From contig JAXMOL010000007.1 in NCBI GenBank assembly GCA_034669905.1, positions 1 to 64,000 of the forward strand: a stretch of 64,000 bases of DNA, in the 5' to 3' direction. This document shows positions 18,479 through 28,163 of the stretch, in pieces. How positions within the stretch are numbered: the stretch's first letter is position 1; each line of letters begins with the position of its first letter. The notes under the pieces are model-generated. The model saw only the letters and a list, made by a program, of their open reading frames with translations. It did not search any database and was not told where the DNA came from. The DNA comes from Candidatus Hydrogenedentota bacterium (lineage in GTDB: Bacteria > Hydrogenedentota > Hydrogenedentia > Hydrogenedentales > JAEUWI01). The position numbers were made by a program, and so were the translations under genes.

Positions 18479-19847
18479 TTCCAACGATACGATTGTGGCA
18501 ATCTCCACGCCGCCCGGTGAGGGTGGCGTGGGGATTGTTCGTTTAAGTGGCGATGATGCCCTGGCCATTGTATCGACCCTGTTCCGGTCGTCTCGTGGGG
18601 CTTCGCTCCACGATGCCGCCCATCGGGTACGCCATGGCCACATCGTGACCCCGCAGGGGGAAGTGCTCGACGAAGTACTCTGCCTCGTCATGCCCGGTCC
18701 CAACAGCTATACCCGGGAAGATGTGGTTGAGATACACGGGCACGGGGGCGCCGGACCGCTCAATGCCATTCTGGAAGCCACCCTCGCCGCGGGCGCGCGC
18801 CTGGCCGGCCCTGGGGAATTTACCCTGCGCGCCTTCCTGAGCGGCCGCATCGACCTGGTGCAGGCCGAAGCCGTGATCGACCAGATTCAAGCCCGGACCC
18901 GGGCCAATCTGCAGGCGGCCAACGCCGCAGCCAGTGGCACCCTCTCGCGAGAGCTCCATGCCATGGGGGAGACCCTGCGCCTGCTGCTGGCCCGCGTCGA
19001 GGCGTCCGTCGATTTTCCCGAAGATGATTTGCCCGATCTCATTGATGCCGAATTGATGCAGGATGCCCGGGACACCCAGGCCACCATGGCCACCATGCTC
19101 GCCAAGAGTGATGCCGGGCGACTGCTCCGCGAAGGGGCCACCCTGGCCATCGCCGGCCGCCCCAATGTGGGTAAATCCAGCCTCTTCAATGCCCTCGTGC
19201 GGGATGCCCGGGCCATTGTCTCGTCCCAGGCGGGCACCACGCGGGATCGAATCGAAGAATACATCACCCTGTCCGGTGTGCCCGTCAAGCTGGTGGATAC
19301 GGCAGGCGTGCGGCATACCGAAGATGAAGTCGAGCAGATTGGCGTGCGCATCGCACGGGAAACCCTGCAAAACGCCCAACTTGCCCTCCTCGTCATCGAT
19401 GCCTCCATCCCGCCCACACCGGAAGACGAGGCCCTATTTAGCGAATTACAGGCCTTGGGCGTGCCCGTGGTCGTGGCGGCCAATAAGGCCGACTTAGACG
19501 CCGCATCGGAGCGACCCGCGTGGATTGAAAATGGGGATGGCCTGGTTTCGGTTTCGGCCCTCACCGGGGTCGGGCTGGACGCGCTGGAGTCCACGCTCGG
19601 CGGCCTCCTGCTGGGGGGGGTGAATGTGGCGGCCGACGAGGCGCTGATAAATCGGCTCCACCAGAAAGACAGTCTGCGGCGGGCCTCGGCTTGTCTGGCG
19701 CGCTTTCTGGAAGACATGACGGTGTCCCCGGAATTCCTCGCCGTAGAGCTTCAGGAGGCCTTACAGGCCCTGGGAGAGATAACGGGAGAGACTACGCCCG
19801 ACGATATCCTCGAAAAGATTTTCGGGGCCTTTTGCATCGGCAAATAG
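18471..19847 (+). CDS. mnmE: tRNA modification GTPase MnmE (TrmE)
   Basis: DTIVAISTPPG, SYTREDVVEI, GRPNVGKSS, GTTRD, DTAG, NKAD, C-terminal FCIGK. Confidence 0.97.
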   Translation: MTDSNDTIVAISTPPGEGGVGIVRLSGDDALAIVSTLFRSSRGASLHDAAHRVRHGHIVTPQGEVLDEVLCLVMPGPNSYTREDVVEIHGHGGAGPLNAILEATLAAGARLAGPGEFTLRAFLSGRIDLVQAEAVIDQIQARTRANLQAANAAASGTLSRELHAMGETLRLLLARVEASVDFPEDDLPDLIDAELMQDARDTQATMATMLAKSDAGRLLREGATLAIAGRPNVGKSSLFNALVRDARAIVSSQAGTTRDRIEEYITLSGVPVKLVDTAGVRHTEDEVEQIGVRIARETLQNAQLALLVIDASIPPTPEDEALFSELQALGVPVVVAANKADLDAASERPAWIENGDGLVSVSALTGVGLDALESTLGGLLLGGVNVAADEALINRLHQKDSLRRASACLARFLEDMTVSPEFLAVELQEALQALGEITGETTPDDILEKIFGAFCIGK

Positions 19848-20105
19848 GTGGTGGAAGGGAGGGGCAGGCCAATAAAAAAGAGGCCTGACACGACAATCGC
19901 ACCAGACCTCCGCGGAAGGAGAAACGCCACATGTGGCGCTGACCAATCCAATTCTACCATAGCGCAACCATTTCGGCAAGCTCTGATTCACGAAACCGGT
20001 CCCCATCGCGATCGCCAGGAACCCCCGCCTTGCCCACAATAACCACCGCCAACCACCACATAACACCAAGAACAAGCTCAAAAAACAACAAGAAACAACA
20101 TACCA

Positions 20106-23100
20106 CTACAGCCGGATAATAGACGCCGATTGGGCCTCACCCGCCGCCACCACATCGTCCCGGCACGTGAAGAGAATGACCTGGTTACGTCCCACCAGCC
20201 CGGATACGAGCGCCATGGTGGTCGCCAGCCGCGAATCGTCATAATTCGCGAAGGGGTCATCCAGCAGCATGGGAATGCCCTCTCCGCTCTCGTTCAGGCT
20301 CTGCACGAAGGCCAGGCGTAGGGCCAGGTAGATTTGGTCTACCGTACCCTGGCTCAACGATTTCTCGGGGGCATCCTGGAGATGCTGGGTCTCGGGAATG
20401 CGAACCCGAATACTGAGGTCCCGCCCGAGACTGATTTCATCGTAGGCCCCATCGGTGATTTTGGCCAGTAACGCGCTGGCTTCTTCCGCGAGTCGGGGGG
20501 CCACATAGGCGTGGGTGTCACGGGCCACATCTTCCATGAGGGCCATGGCATAGCTGGTGGCTTCTCCCTCGGCTTCCAGCGCACGAATCTTGCGATGCAA
20601 TACGGCCTGCTCTTCTTCCAGTTCACAGAGCGGGCGGATGCTGGTGCTCTGCTCCGTCAGCCGCACGTGGAGGGCGTGCTCTTGATTGGTTTCCTCTTCG
20701 AGGCGCTCATTCAAGTCATTGATTGCTTCACGCAGGGCGTCCCGTGTTCCCTCTGGACGTTCCGCCAGGGGACCTGCGCTTTCGACCCGCGCCTGAAGTG
20801 CTGCGAGGGAATCCGGTCCGAGCAACTCCCGCAAATCGGATTCGAGGCTGCGTCGTCGCACGGTGCCGTCCTGATAAATCTTGGCTTCCGCCAGCAGGGC
20901 TTCCCATCCTTCCATCGAATCCACGTTGAAAGGACGCAGTAAGCCCTTCCACTCCGTCGCGCGCTCGTCCCGTTCGCTCTGCTCCCGCTCCAACTGACGT
21001 TGCAGATCCCGCAGGCTTTCTTCCAGCAGCTCGTGACGGCCCTGGACCTCACGCTTCCGGGTCATGGCGCTGCGGTAGTCCGCAATCATTTCAATGGTGT
21101 TCTTGCCGGTCGCGTCGCCCGGCAATCCCTGGTCCGCGATAAATGTCCGTGTCTCTTCTTCCAGTTCGGCCAGTGCCAAGTCGGACTTCTGCGCCAGGGT
21201 TTTCAGCCGGGCCAATTCCGTTTCGTGCCGTTCGAGCACCGAGCGGTTGGTGTTGGCCCGTCGTTTGGTTTCCCGGTATTCCTGGTAGCGCGCAATCGCA
21301 CGGCCTGCCGCATCCTGGACATCGCCTTCGCCCGCGATCTCTTCACCGGCCTTGGTAAAGGTTTCACGGAATCGTTCCAGCAACAGGGGGATGCGTTCTT
21401 CGGCTTCGCGGGCTTTTTCTTCCTGCGAGGCCAGTCGCTCGCGCCGGAGTTTCAGCTCCATCTCCACGTTTCGGTACTGGTCATGGACCGCTTCGAGTTC
21501 GCGGATGGAGTCCAGCCGCGAATCGCGAAGCATATCGTCGATAACCTTGAGGCTGGGATTGCCCGCTGATTTGGACACGGAGCTGAGGGCTTCCCGGGCG
21601 TCCTCGATGCGGTCGTTGAGGCGTCGCATGTGGCTGCGGTGGGTAGCCCACATGGCCACAAAAATGAGGCCTACCAGCCCGGCCACCCCCATGGGAACGA
21701 CCATGCCCCCCAGGTCGCTGAAGAAATGGGCGCCGCCCGTCACAAGGGCGACCGTCACGCATGCGCCCCCGATGGGGAGGAAGGCCCGGGCCTCTCCCTG
21801 GAGTTCTGCGTAGGTCCCTTGCAAGGAATGGAGCGTACTTGCGTGTTGCTCTTTCTGGCTGTCATGGAGTCGCAACTGCAGCGCGTATTCCCGTGCAAGC
21901 TCGGAGAAGTCATCGTGGCCTTCAAAAAGTTTGCGGGATTCCCGATTCTTCTTCTCAAGGGCGGTGACCTCTTCCCGAAGTGAGGCGCGGAGGGTACACT
22001 CTTCATCGCGGGCACGAAGGGCCACAGAAAAAGAGCTGGCCAATTGGCTCAGCCATTCGACCGGGTCCGCAGCGAGACGGCTGAAATCGGGCATGTCCTC
22101 AATCTGTTGACGGACCTCATCCATGCGATCCCGCGCCGTCTGCACCAGGGCTTCCGTCTCCGCGATGCGTTCGCCGAGTTGGGCCCGATTCGCCAGGGTC
22201 TCATTGAGTTCTTTTTCGATACGCACCGGGAATTCCGACGCGGCTTGGGCCGAAGCCCCTCCCTCCGTGCCGGTTTCCTGGCGCAGGCGCTCGTCCAGGC
22301 TTTCTTTTTGGGCCAGGGTATTTTCCAGCTGTCGCTCCGCCGCACGGAGCGCATCATGGGCTGCCCGGATTTCACGGTCCCGTTCGACGGAAACGTCACG
22401 GGCATGGCTCAGCGCCAGGCATTGGCGGGTCACCTCGTCGATCTGTTCCTGCATCGCCAGGGCTTCATCCAGCCGCTCCCGATCTTCGTGCTGTTCCAGT
22501 GTTTTCAGCGCCGCCTCCCGCGCTGCCCGTTCTTCTCGAAGGGTACGGCAGCGTTCCACCAGGGCCCGGCGTTCCAGTGCCATATTGACGAGCGCCTCCC
22601 GGCGTTCCACAACCTCGCGGTATTCCGTTTCCAGTGCCCGCAGGCTGCGGTGGGCCTGGGCCAGGGGTTTGCTCGTGGCACCGGACATGCCGATGGCGGC
22701 TACCCGTTCGCTCAACAGCCGCATCGCACAGTCGACGGTGCCGCTGCCGCCACCCGTATCGGTGAGCGCCAGAAGTTTGTCGCGGATCTCATCCAGGGCA
22801 TCCCGGTCGCCGAGTTCGTCCAGGGTAACGTGGGAAATGGTCGCCGTATTCAGGAATACGTCCTTGCTTAATCCCAGGTGTTGCCGTCCGAAGTCCAATT
22901 CACGGTTGCGAAAACGTTTGAAATTCCCCGTTATCTCTTCGCCGGTAGCGTGGTCAAAGATCTGCACGTTTTCGTGATGCCGATCAAAGTTACGCACCAC
23001 CTCAAAGGTACGGCCATCATCCAGTTCATAGACGAGGGAACCGCCGTAGTGTCCATTGCCTTCCCAGGGCTTTCGAAGCTCATTGCTCTCTTCGAAGACC

Positions 23101-23270
23101 CGCTGGGTATCATTGACTTTCTGGCCGTAAATCATGTCGGCGATGAAACTGCGGATCGTCGACTTGCCCCGCTCGTTGGGGCCCATAACGATCTGCAATC
23201 CCGGTGCAAAGTGGATTTCCCGGTCCGTAAAACGGCCATAGCCCCGCATAGTAATGGATCGAATGCGCAA
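20106..23270 (-). CDS. YhaN-like SMC/SbcC-type coiled-coil ATPase with two central TM helices
   Basis: Walker A GPNERGKST, long coiled coil, signature LSQGT, Walker B LLDDPFANYD. TTG start at 23270 with GGAG RBS. Confidence 0.88.
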   Translation of the reverse strand: MRIRSITMRGYGRFTDREIHFAPGLQIVMGPNERGKSTIRSFIADMIYGQKVNDTQRVFEESNELRKPWEGNGHYGGSLVYELDDGRTFEVVRNFDRHHENVQIFDHATGEEITGNFKRFRNRELDFGRQHLGLSKDVFLNTATISHVTLDELGDRDALDEIRDKLLALTDTGGGSGTVDCAMRLLSERVAAIGMSGATSKPLAQAHRSLRALETEYREVVERREALVNMALERRALVERCRTLREERAAREAALKTLEQHEDRERLDEALAMQEQIDEVTRQCLALSHARDVSVERDREIRAAHDALRAAERQLENTLAQKESLDERLRQETGTEGGASAQAASEFPVRIEKELNETLANRAQLGERIAETEALVQTARDRMDEVRQQIEDMPDFSRLAADPVEWLSQLASSFSVALRARDEECTLRASLREEVTALEKKNRESRKLFEGHDDFSELAREYALQLRLHDSQKEQHASTLHSLQGTYAELQGEARAFLPIGGACVTVALVTGGAHFFSDLGGMVVPMGVAGLVGLIFVAMWATHRSHMRRLNDRIEDAREALSSVSKSAGNPSLKVIDDMLRDSRLDSIRELEAVHDQYRNVEMELKLRRERLASQEEKAREAEERIPLLLERFRETFTKAGEEIAGEGDVQDAAGRAIARYQEYRETKRRANTNRSVLERHETELARLKTLAQKSDLALAELEEETRTFIADQGLPGDATGKNTIEMIADYRSAMTRKREVQGRHELLEESLRDLQRQLEREQSERDERATEWKGLLRPFNVDSMEGWEALLAEAKIYQDGTVRRRSLESDLRELLGPDSLAALQARVESAGPLAERPEGTRDALREAINDLNERLEEETNQEHALHVRLTEQSTSIRPLCELEEEQAVLHRKIRALEAEGEATSYAMALMEDVARDTHAYVAPRLAEEASALLAKITDGAYDEISLGRDLSIRVRIPETQHLQDAPEKSLSQGTVDQIYLALRLAFVQSLNESGEGIPMLLDDPFANYDDSRLATTMALVSGLVGRNQVILFTCRDDVVAAGEAQSASIIRL

Positions 23271-23272
23271 CG

Positions 23273-24436
23273 TCAGTCTCCCTGAGAGGAACGAATGGGT
23301 AGGTGCTGGCCCCGATAGCCACACAAGGCCAGATCGCGGCTGCGACACAAGGCGGCCCGCCGGTTCTCATCAGGCGCATCGTCGATTTCCTGGTTGATGC
23401 GGGCCACAAAGGCCCCCAGGCTGGTTTTTTGTTCCGCAAGGGCGGTGTAGTTCTCCGCCACGAAACAGCGGTCTACCAGATCAAGGTACAGCAGGTCTTC
23501 CGCAAGGGCTTCCCGAATGCTGGTCATTTCATTGTAAATCGCCGGCAGCAAGGCACCTTCCAGGACGACTCGGGCACACTGGCGATCTTTGTGGGCCGTG
23601 AGATGAGGGCGGATGGCGTCCAGTAAGGCCTGGCCACTATCCAGGTCGGTGCAGTCCAGGGTCATTTCAAAAAAACGGCCTTCACTGGTCACAATGGGAC
23701 ATACGTCCACCGTGGGGGCGCCCATCTCGGGCGCCGTATCCGCGATTGTGATTTCCAGGTAGTGGTGGGGGCCTGTGTCGCCAAAGCGCGCGCCTTCCGG
23801 TGCGCCGGCATACCAGGTGACCGGACCCGAGCCGGTATCTATCTCCGTGGCACGGGCCAGATGCCCCAGGGCGACATAGGCCACGCGGGGATCGTCCAGC
23901 ACCGCGGGGTCGACAACCGCACCGGTGGTGTATTCTCCCTTTACCAGGGAGGCCGCCAATGCGGGCCCCATAAAGATACAGGTATGATCCCCGTCGGCAA
24001 TGTGGAGGGCCTCGAAGGGGTTCTTCGGCAGACTGCGATCCGCGTGGCCGAATCCGTATACGGAAATGGTGCCCAGTGCAACCCGCTCCCACTCGGGACC
24101 GGTGAAGAAATGAACATTTTCCGGCCATAGCTCGGTGGCATAGGGCGACGTGGGGGTATAGGGGTCGTGTCGTCCGGGGCTAATCAGGATCGGAATGGGC
24201 GAAACCGTCTCAAAAACGTTTCGAAGGAAGGCGATGGTATCTCGTTCAACCGATTCACCATTTAAGAGATTGCCCGTAATCAGGACGGCGTCGGCCGACC
24301 ACGTTTGGGCGCGCTCCAGGATGTTTTCCAGGCAGGCGCGCAGGTGGGCGCGGTTTTCACGACCGGTAGCCGCGGGAAGGCCTTGCTCCGCATAACAACG
24401 GTCCAGACTAATATCGGCGGTGTGTATGATTTTCAT
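23273..24436 (-). CDS. YhaO/SbcD/Mre11-like metallophosphoesterase-fold protein with degenerate metal-binding motifs
   Basis: MKIIHTAD start, PGRHD, YVALGH, WYAGAPE; ends 2 bp before the YhaN-like gene. Confidence 0.85.
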   Translation of the reverse strand: MKIIHTADISLDRCYAEQGLPAATGRENRAHLRACLENILERAQTWSADAVLITGNLLNGESVERDTIAFLRNVFETVSPIPILISPGRHDPYTPTSPYATELWPENVHFFTGPEWERVALGTISVYGFGHADRSLPKNPFEALHIADGDHTCIFMGPALAASLVKGEYTTGAVVDPAVLDDPRVAYVALGHLARATEIDTGSGPVTWYAGAPEGARFGDTGPHHYLEITIADTAPEMGAPTVDVCPIVTSEGRFFEMTLDCTDLDSGQALLDAIRPHLTAHKDRQCARVVLEGALLPAIYNEMTSIREALAEDLLYLDLVDRCFVAENYTALAEQKTSLGAFVARINQEIDDAPDENRRAALCRSRDLALCGYRGQHLPIRSSQGD

Positions 24437-24588
24437 GAGGGGCCTATTCTACCTGATTCTATGGTGTGGATGCCTTAGTCGGCCGTCGGGTCAGTGTGTC
24501 AAATCCGATCCCCGAATTCCAGTTGCTTTCCAGTTTCCCCCGGAAGGCAGGGCAAGAGGCCGCTCTACGGCAGTGCGGACCGGGTGGC

Positions 24589-25599
24589 CTAAAAATCTAC
24601 GCCACGGCCCAGGGTGGCGTGCTTCCCATCCTCAGCGACAGGAGGACGGGGAGGCCGGTTGAGCAGGGCATCCTGATAGCCCACAGCCCGGTCGTAGTAC
24701 AACACCCGTTTGTAGAGACTGCTGGTGAGCATACTGGCCTCTTCCTCCTCCCGATTGCAAGCCCGGACGTAGTGGGGGATCGTCAGGGAGTGCCAGAGTT
24801 GTTGGAGGCGGGTGCGACGTAATCGGAAGCGTTCGGGAATATGGGCGGCCCGGGTGCGCTGTTGAAGGTGAAGAAGGCCAAAACCCAGGTGGTATTGACG
24901 AAAGCGCTCCGCCGCAAAGGTGGTGGGTTGCCAGATATAGGCCCGGGCATCCGACAGTTGCATGGGCTGAAGACCGGCTCGCTCCATGCGAAAGGCCAAT
25001 TCCCAGATGTTTACCGCATACAGTGATTGTTCCGTCGAGAACCCCGTGAGCGACTCAAAGCTTTCCCGGGGCACACTGAAATTGGAGCGCTGCCAGTCCA
25101 GAAAATGGGGCGTATCGGAATAGCTTTCCCAATGGGAGGGCTCATCCAGGAACTGTCGGGTGAAGGTGTCCCGTGGCAGTTGGGGGTGGCGCCGTACCGT
25201 GCCCATGACGCATGCGGGGCGCTCGGCCTCCTGGTGGGCCAAATGATGCTGCTGGATAAGCCGGGGACTCACCAATTCGTCGTCGCAGAGAAACAACAGG
25301 TATTGTCCCAGGGCTTTTTCCGCACCCAGGTTGCGTGCCGCGGCCAGACCGGTGTGGGGTTGCCGATGGGCACGGATACAAACCGGAGAGCCATGGGCAT
25401 AGCGTTCCACGACGGAAACGGCGTCGTCCGTGCCCCCATCGTCCACGACCAGGATCTCGAAGCGCCCTGCGGGAAAGGACTGTTGCTCCATGTGGGCAAG
25501 GCAGGTGGGCAACCAGGCGGCGCGGTTGCGCGTAGGAATGATTACCGATATGTCCACTTGTTGCACGGAACGACACCATTGTTGCCCCACGAGAACCAC
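24589..25599 (-). CDS. Family 2 glycosyltransferase (start uncertain)
   Basis: ISVIIPTRNR, EILVVDDGGTD, GLAAARNLG, LLFLCDD. Confidence 0.88.
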   Translation of the reverse strand: MVLVGQQWCRSVQQVDISVIIPTRNRAAWLPTCLAHMEQQSFPAGRFEILVVDDGGTDDAVSVVERYAHGSPVCIRAHRQPHTGLAAARNLGAEKALGQYLLFLCDDELVSPRLIQQHHLAHQEAERPACVMGTVRRHPQLPRDTFTRQFLDEPSHWESYSDTPHFLDWQRSNFSVPRESFESLTGFSTEQSLYAVNIWELAFRMERAGLQPMQLSDARAYIWQPTTFAAERFRQYHLGFGLLHLQQRTRAAHIPERFRLRRTRLQQLWHSLTIPHYVRACNREEEEASMLTSSLYKRVLYYDRAVGYQDALLNRPPRPPVAEDGKHATLGRGVDF

Positions 25600-25826
25600 T
25601 CCCCGACACTACCCCGTCACCATACGCCCTTAATCACCTTATGCGCAACTTACGGATATTTCGTAATGTGCTTCGGTGGGCACCGATTCGCGGGCAGTCG
25701 GTCCATTAATGGAAAGCAATTCAACGGGAATGGTACTATTTTTTACTGTTCGCGCCGCGTGCCACCACGGTACCGATAGATTCTCGCGGATCCTATTCCA
25801 GATGGCCCATTCCAACAGGGAAGGTT

Positions 25827-28163
25827 TTGGTGGAAATTCGAGCACAGCGTTTTGCCCTTCTTCCGCTCCTTCTTCTGGGAACGGTCTTTTCCGTGTTGTC
25901 CCCCCTGTTTTGGACCCACGTTGAATCCCGGGGCGGCGATAGCAGTGGCGGAGGGCACGAAAACGTCGAGCTCTTCGGGCGGGTGGTGCCCACCCTGCAC
26001 TATGGCTACGAGCGCGTCGGAAATGGAGAGTGGCCCCTTTGGGCCAGTGACCTCTATTGTGGTGTGCCCTTTTTTGCCAATCCGACCCACGGAATTCTCC
26101 AGCCCCTGAACCTGATATTCCTCTTCGTCCCGGTTTCAATTGGACTGGCACTGCACGCCTTTCTGGGGCTGTTGCTCATGGGGATGGGGATGGCGCTCTA
26201 CCTGCGCGCGCTGGGTACGGGATACCTGGCGGCTTTGATGGGGGGGATGGCCTTCGCCTTTGGCGGTGCCAGCGCGATCAGCATGTCCCGCCCGGAGATC
26301 GTGGGGGTATTGGCGTGGGTGCCCCTGCTCTACTGGGTCGTATACGAACATACCCAGGCACCGCGTCTCTTCCAGGTGGTACTGGGTGCCCTCTTGTTGG
26401 CGCTCATGGTATTTGCCGGCACGCCGCTCCTGGCCCTGTGTCTGGGGCTGAGCGCCTTGGGCTACGGCATGGCCCGCTCGCTCTGGTTGCGGAAGGAGGG
26501 GGACCTTTCACTCCGACGGCGCCTGGCCTATCTGTTGGCCATGGCGGGCCTGGCCACCGGCTTTTCCGCGGTACAGTGGGTGCCCTATGTGGCGTGGCTC
26601 ATGACGCTCGCGGACCCGGCTGCGGCGATGTGGCCCGGAAACTGGGCAGGTGTGGCGCCGGCCGTGCTCTCGGAGTTGCCCGCGGCCCTGCTCTTGCCGG
26701 GAAATGGCATGTTTCCCGACATGCTCTATATGGGCGTCATCTCCCTCACGGTTATCCCCGCGGCACTCCTCCGCCCAAAGGGGCGTTTCGAAGTCGTGTT
26801 CTTTGCCCTGGCGTCTGTCTTTTGGATCGGGGGCATGATCGGGCGTGGAGACGGCGTCTCGACCTCCGAAGCCTGGAAACTACTGGTCTTTCCCGGTGTG
26901 TTTTCATTGGCCGTGCTGGTCGGACTCGGAGCCGATCGCGTCTTGCAGACCGGCCGCGATCCCCGCTCCCCGCTGATCTGGGGTTCCTCGGTATTGATGC
27001 TACTGGCTTCGGTGGCCACCCTCGTTCTGGGGCCTCCGGAAGCCCGGGGCTGGGTGCTGGGTGCCGTCGCGGTAATGCTGCCCTTCTTTCTGCTCCGCGT
27101 AAAATATGTGGGCCTCGTCTGTGGGGCGCTCCTGGCCCTGCTGCTCTTTGCCGAACTGCGGGATGCCAGCAACAACGTCTATCAACATCCTTACACCGAT
27201 AAGGGTGCGTGGCTGCAGGACAGCTTGCCCGCCCTCCGTGAGGCCGAAGCCCTGGCGCTGGGGGAACGAATCCTGACTCTGCCGCCGGCACGGGCCATGA
27301 CCTTGCCTCCTAATGTAGGCCTTCTCATGGGGATTCCCAATGCCTATGGCGCCTATTGGCCCCTGAACACGGCGCAGGCGGCCTGGTGGGAGTCTCTGGA
27401 TGGCTACCTCAATCCGGCCCGCCGCAATGACGTCGTAGCACGGCCGGAGAATACCTTGCCCCATTCCGCCTTGTTGAACTACATGGGCGTGCGGCTCTTT
27501 CTGGGCGAGCGGCCCCTGCCGTGGATGGATGGCCCGCCCGAGCAGAGCGGCGTCTCTCTCCAGTTTCTGCGCACCCTGGGGCGCCTGAGTATCTGGCGCA
27601 ACAATGCTGCCTACCCCCGCGTCCGCGTCGTACCGCAGTGGCGGCCCGTCTCCGACGCCCATGCCGCCCGTGATCTGCTGCTCGACCCGGCCTTTCCCGG
27701 GGCGACGGCCTGTGCCGTGGAGGCCGCAGGGGCAGGGTGGCGCCATCTCAACGAAACGTTTCCGCCTTCACCGGAGTCCGATGCGGCCGATCCCGATTGG
27801 GAGGCTACCTGTGTGTTGCGCAGTGACGAGCCGGAGTCGGTGATCGTGGACGTGGAATGCCCCGGCGATGGTGTGTTGGTGCTGGCCGACACGTACACAC
27901 CGGGTTGGCGCGTCTATGTAGACGGTGAACGGGCCGATCTCCTCAAGGTAAATGGTATGTTTCGGGGTGTCCAGCTCGAAGCCGGTACCCACGAAGTGCA
28001 ATTCGCCTATGCCCCCATCAGTGTGTCGTTGGGCCAGCTCTTGACGGGGGCGTCGGTACTGGCAACCCTCTTTGCGTGCGTGCGTTTTCTGGTGCTGGCC
28101 GTACGGAACATGTGGCGTACCCCCAAGCCAGGGGATTCAACCGAAGGAGTGACGGCGGAATGA
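25827..28163 (+). CDS. YfhO-family polytopic membrane protein (GT-C-like)
   Basis: WPLW..DLYCGVPFFANP, many TM segments, C-terminal LVLADTYTPGWRVYVDG...NGMFRGV..GTHEVQFAYAP. Confidence 0.85.
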   Translation: MVEIRAQRFALLPLLLLGTVFSVLSPLFWTHVESRGGDSSGGGHENVELFGRVVPTLHYGYERVGNGEWPLWASDLYCGVPFFANPTHGILQPLNLIFLFVPVSIGLALHAFLGLLLMGMGMALYLRALGTGYLAALMGGMAFAFGGASAISMSRPEIVGVLAWVPLLYWVVYEHTQAPRLFQVVLGALLLALMVFAGTPLLALCLGLSALGYGMARSLWLRKEGDLSLRRRLAYLLAMAGLATGFSAVQWVPYVAWLMTLADPAAAMWPGNWAGVAPAVLSELPAALLLPGNGMFPDMLYMGVISLTVIPAALLRPKGRFEVVFFALASVFWIGGMIGRGDGVSTSEAWKLLVFPGVFSLAVLVGLGADRVLQTGRDPRSPLIWGSSVLMLLASVATLVLGPPEARGWVLGAVAVMLPFFLLRVKYVGLVCGALLALLLFAELRDASNNVYQHPYTDKGAWLQDSLPALREAEALALGERILTLPPARAMTLPPNVGLLMGIPNAYGAYWPLNTAQAAWWESLDGYLNPARRNDVVARPENTLPHSALLNYMGVRLFLGERPLPWMDGPPEQSGVSLQFLRTLGRLSIWRNNAAYPRVRVVPQWRPVSDAHAARDLLLDPAFPGATACAVEAAGAGWRHLNETFPPSPESDAADPDWEATCVLRSDEPESVIVDVECPGDGVLVLADTYTPGWRVYVDGERADLLKVNGMFRGVQLEAGTHEVQFAYAPISVSLGQLLTGASVLATLFACVRFLVLAVRNMWRTPKPGDSTEGVTAE

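Noticed and set aside
20030..20110. DGR template repeat (AAC-rich)
   Set aside because: No reverse transcriptase and no matching variable repeat were seen in the window.
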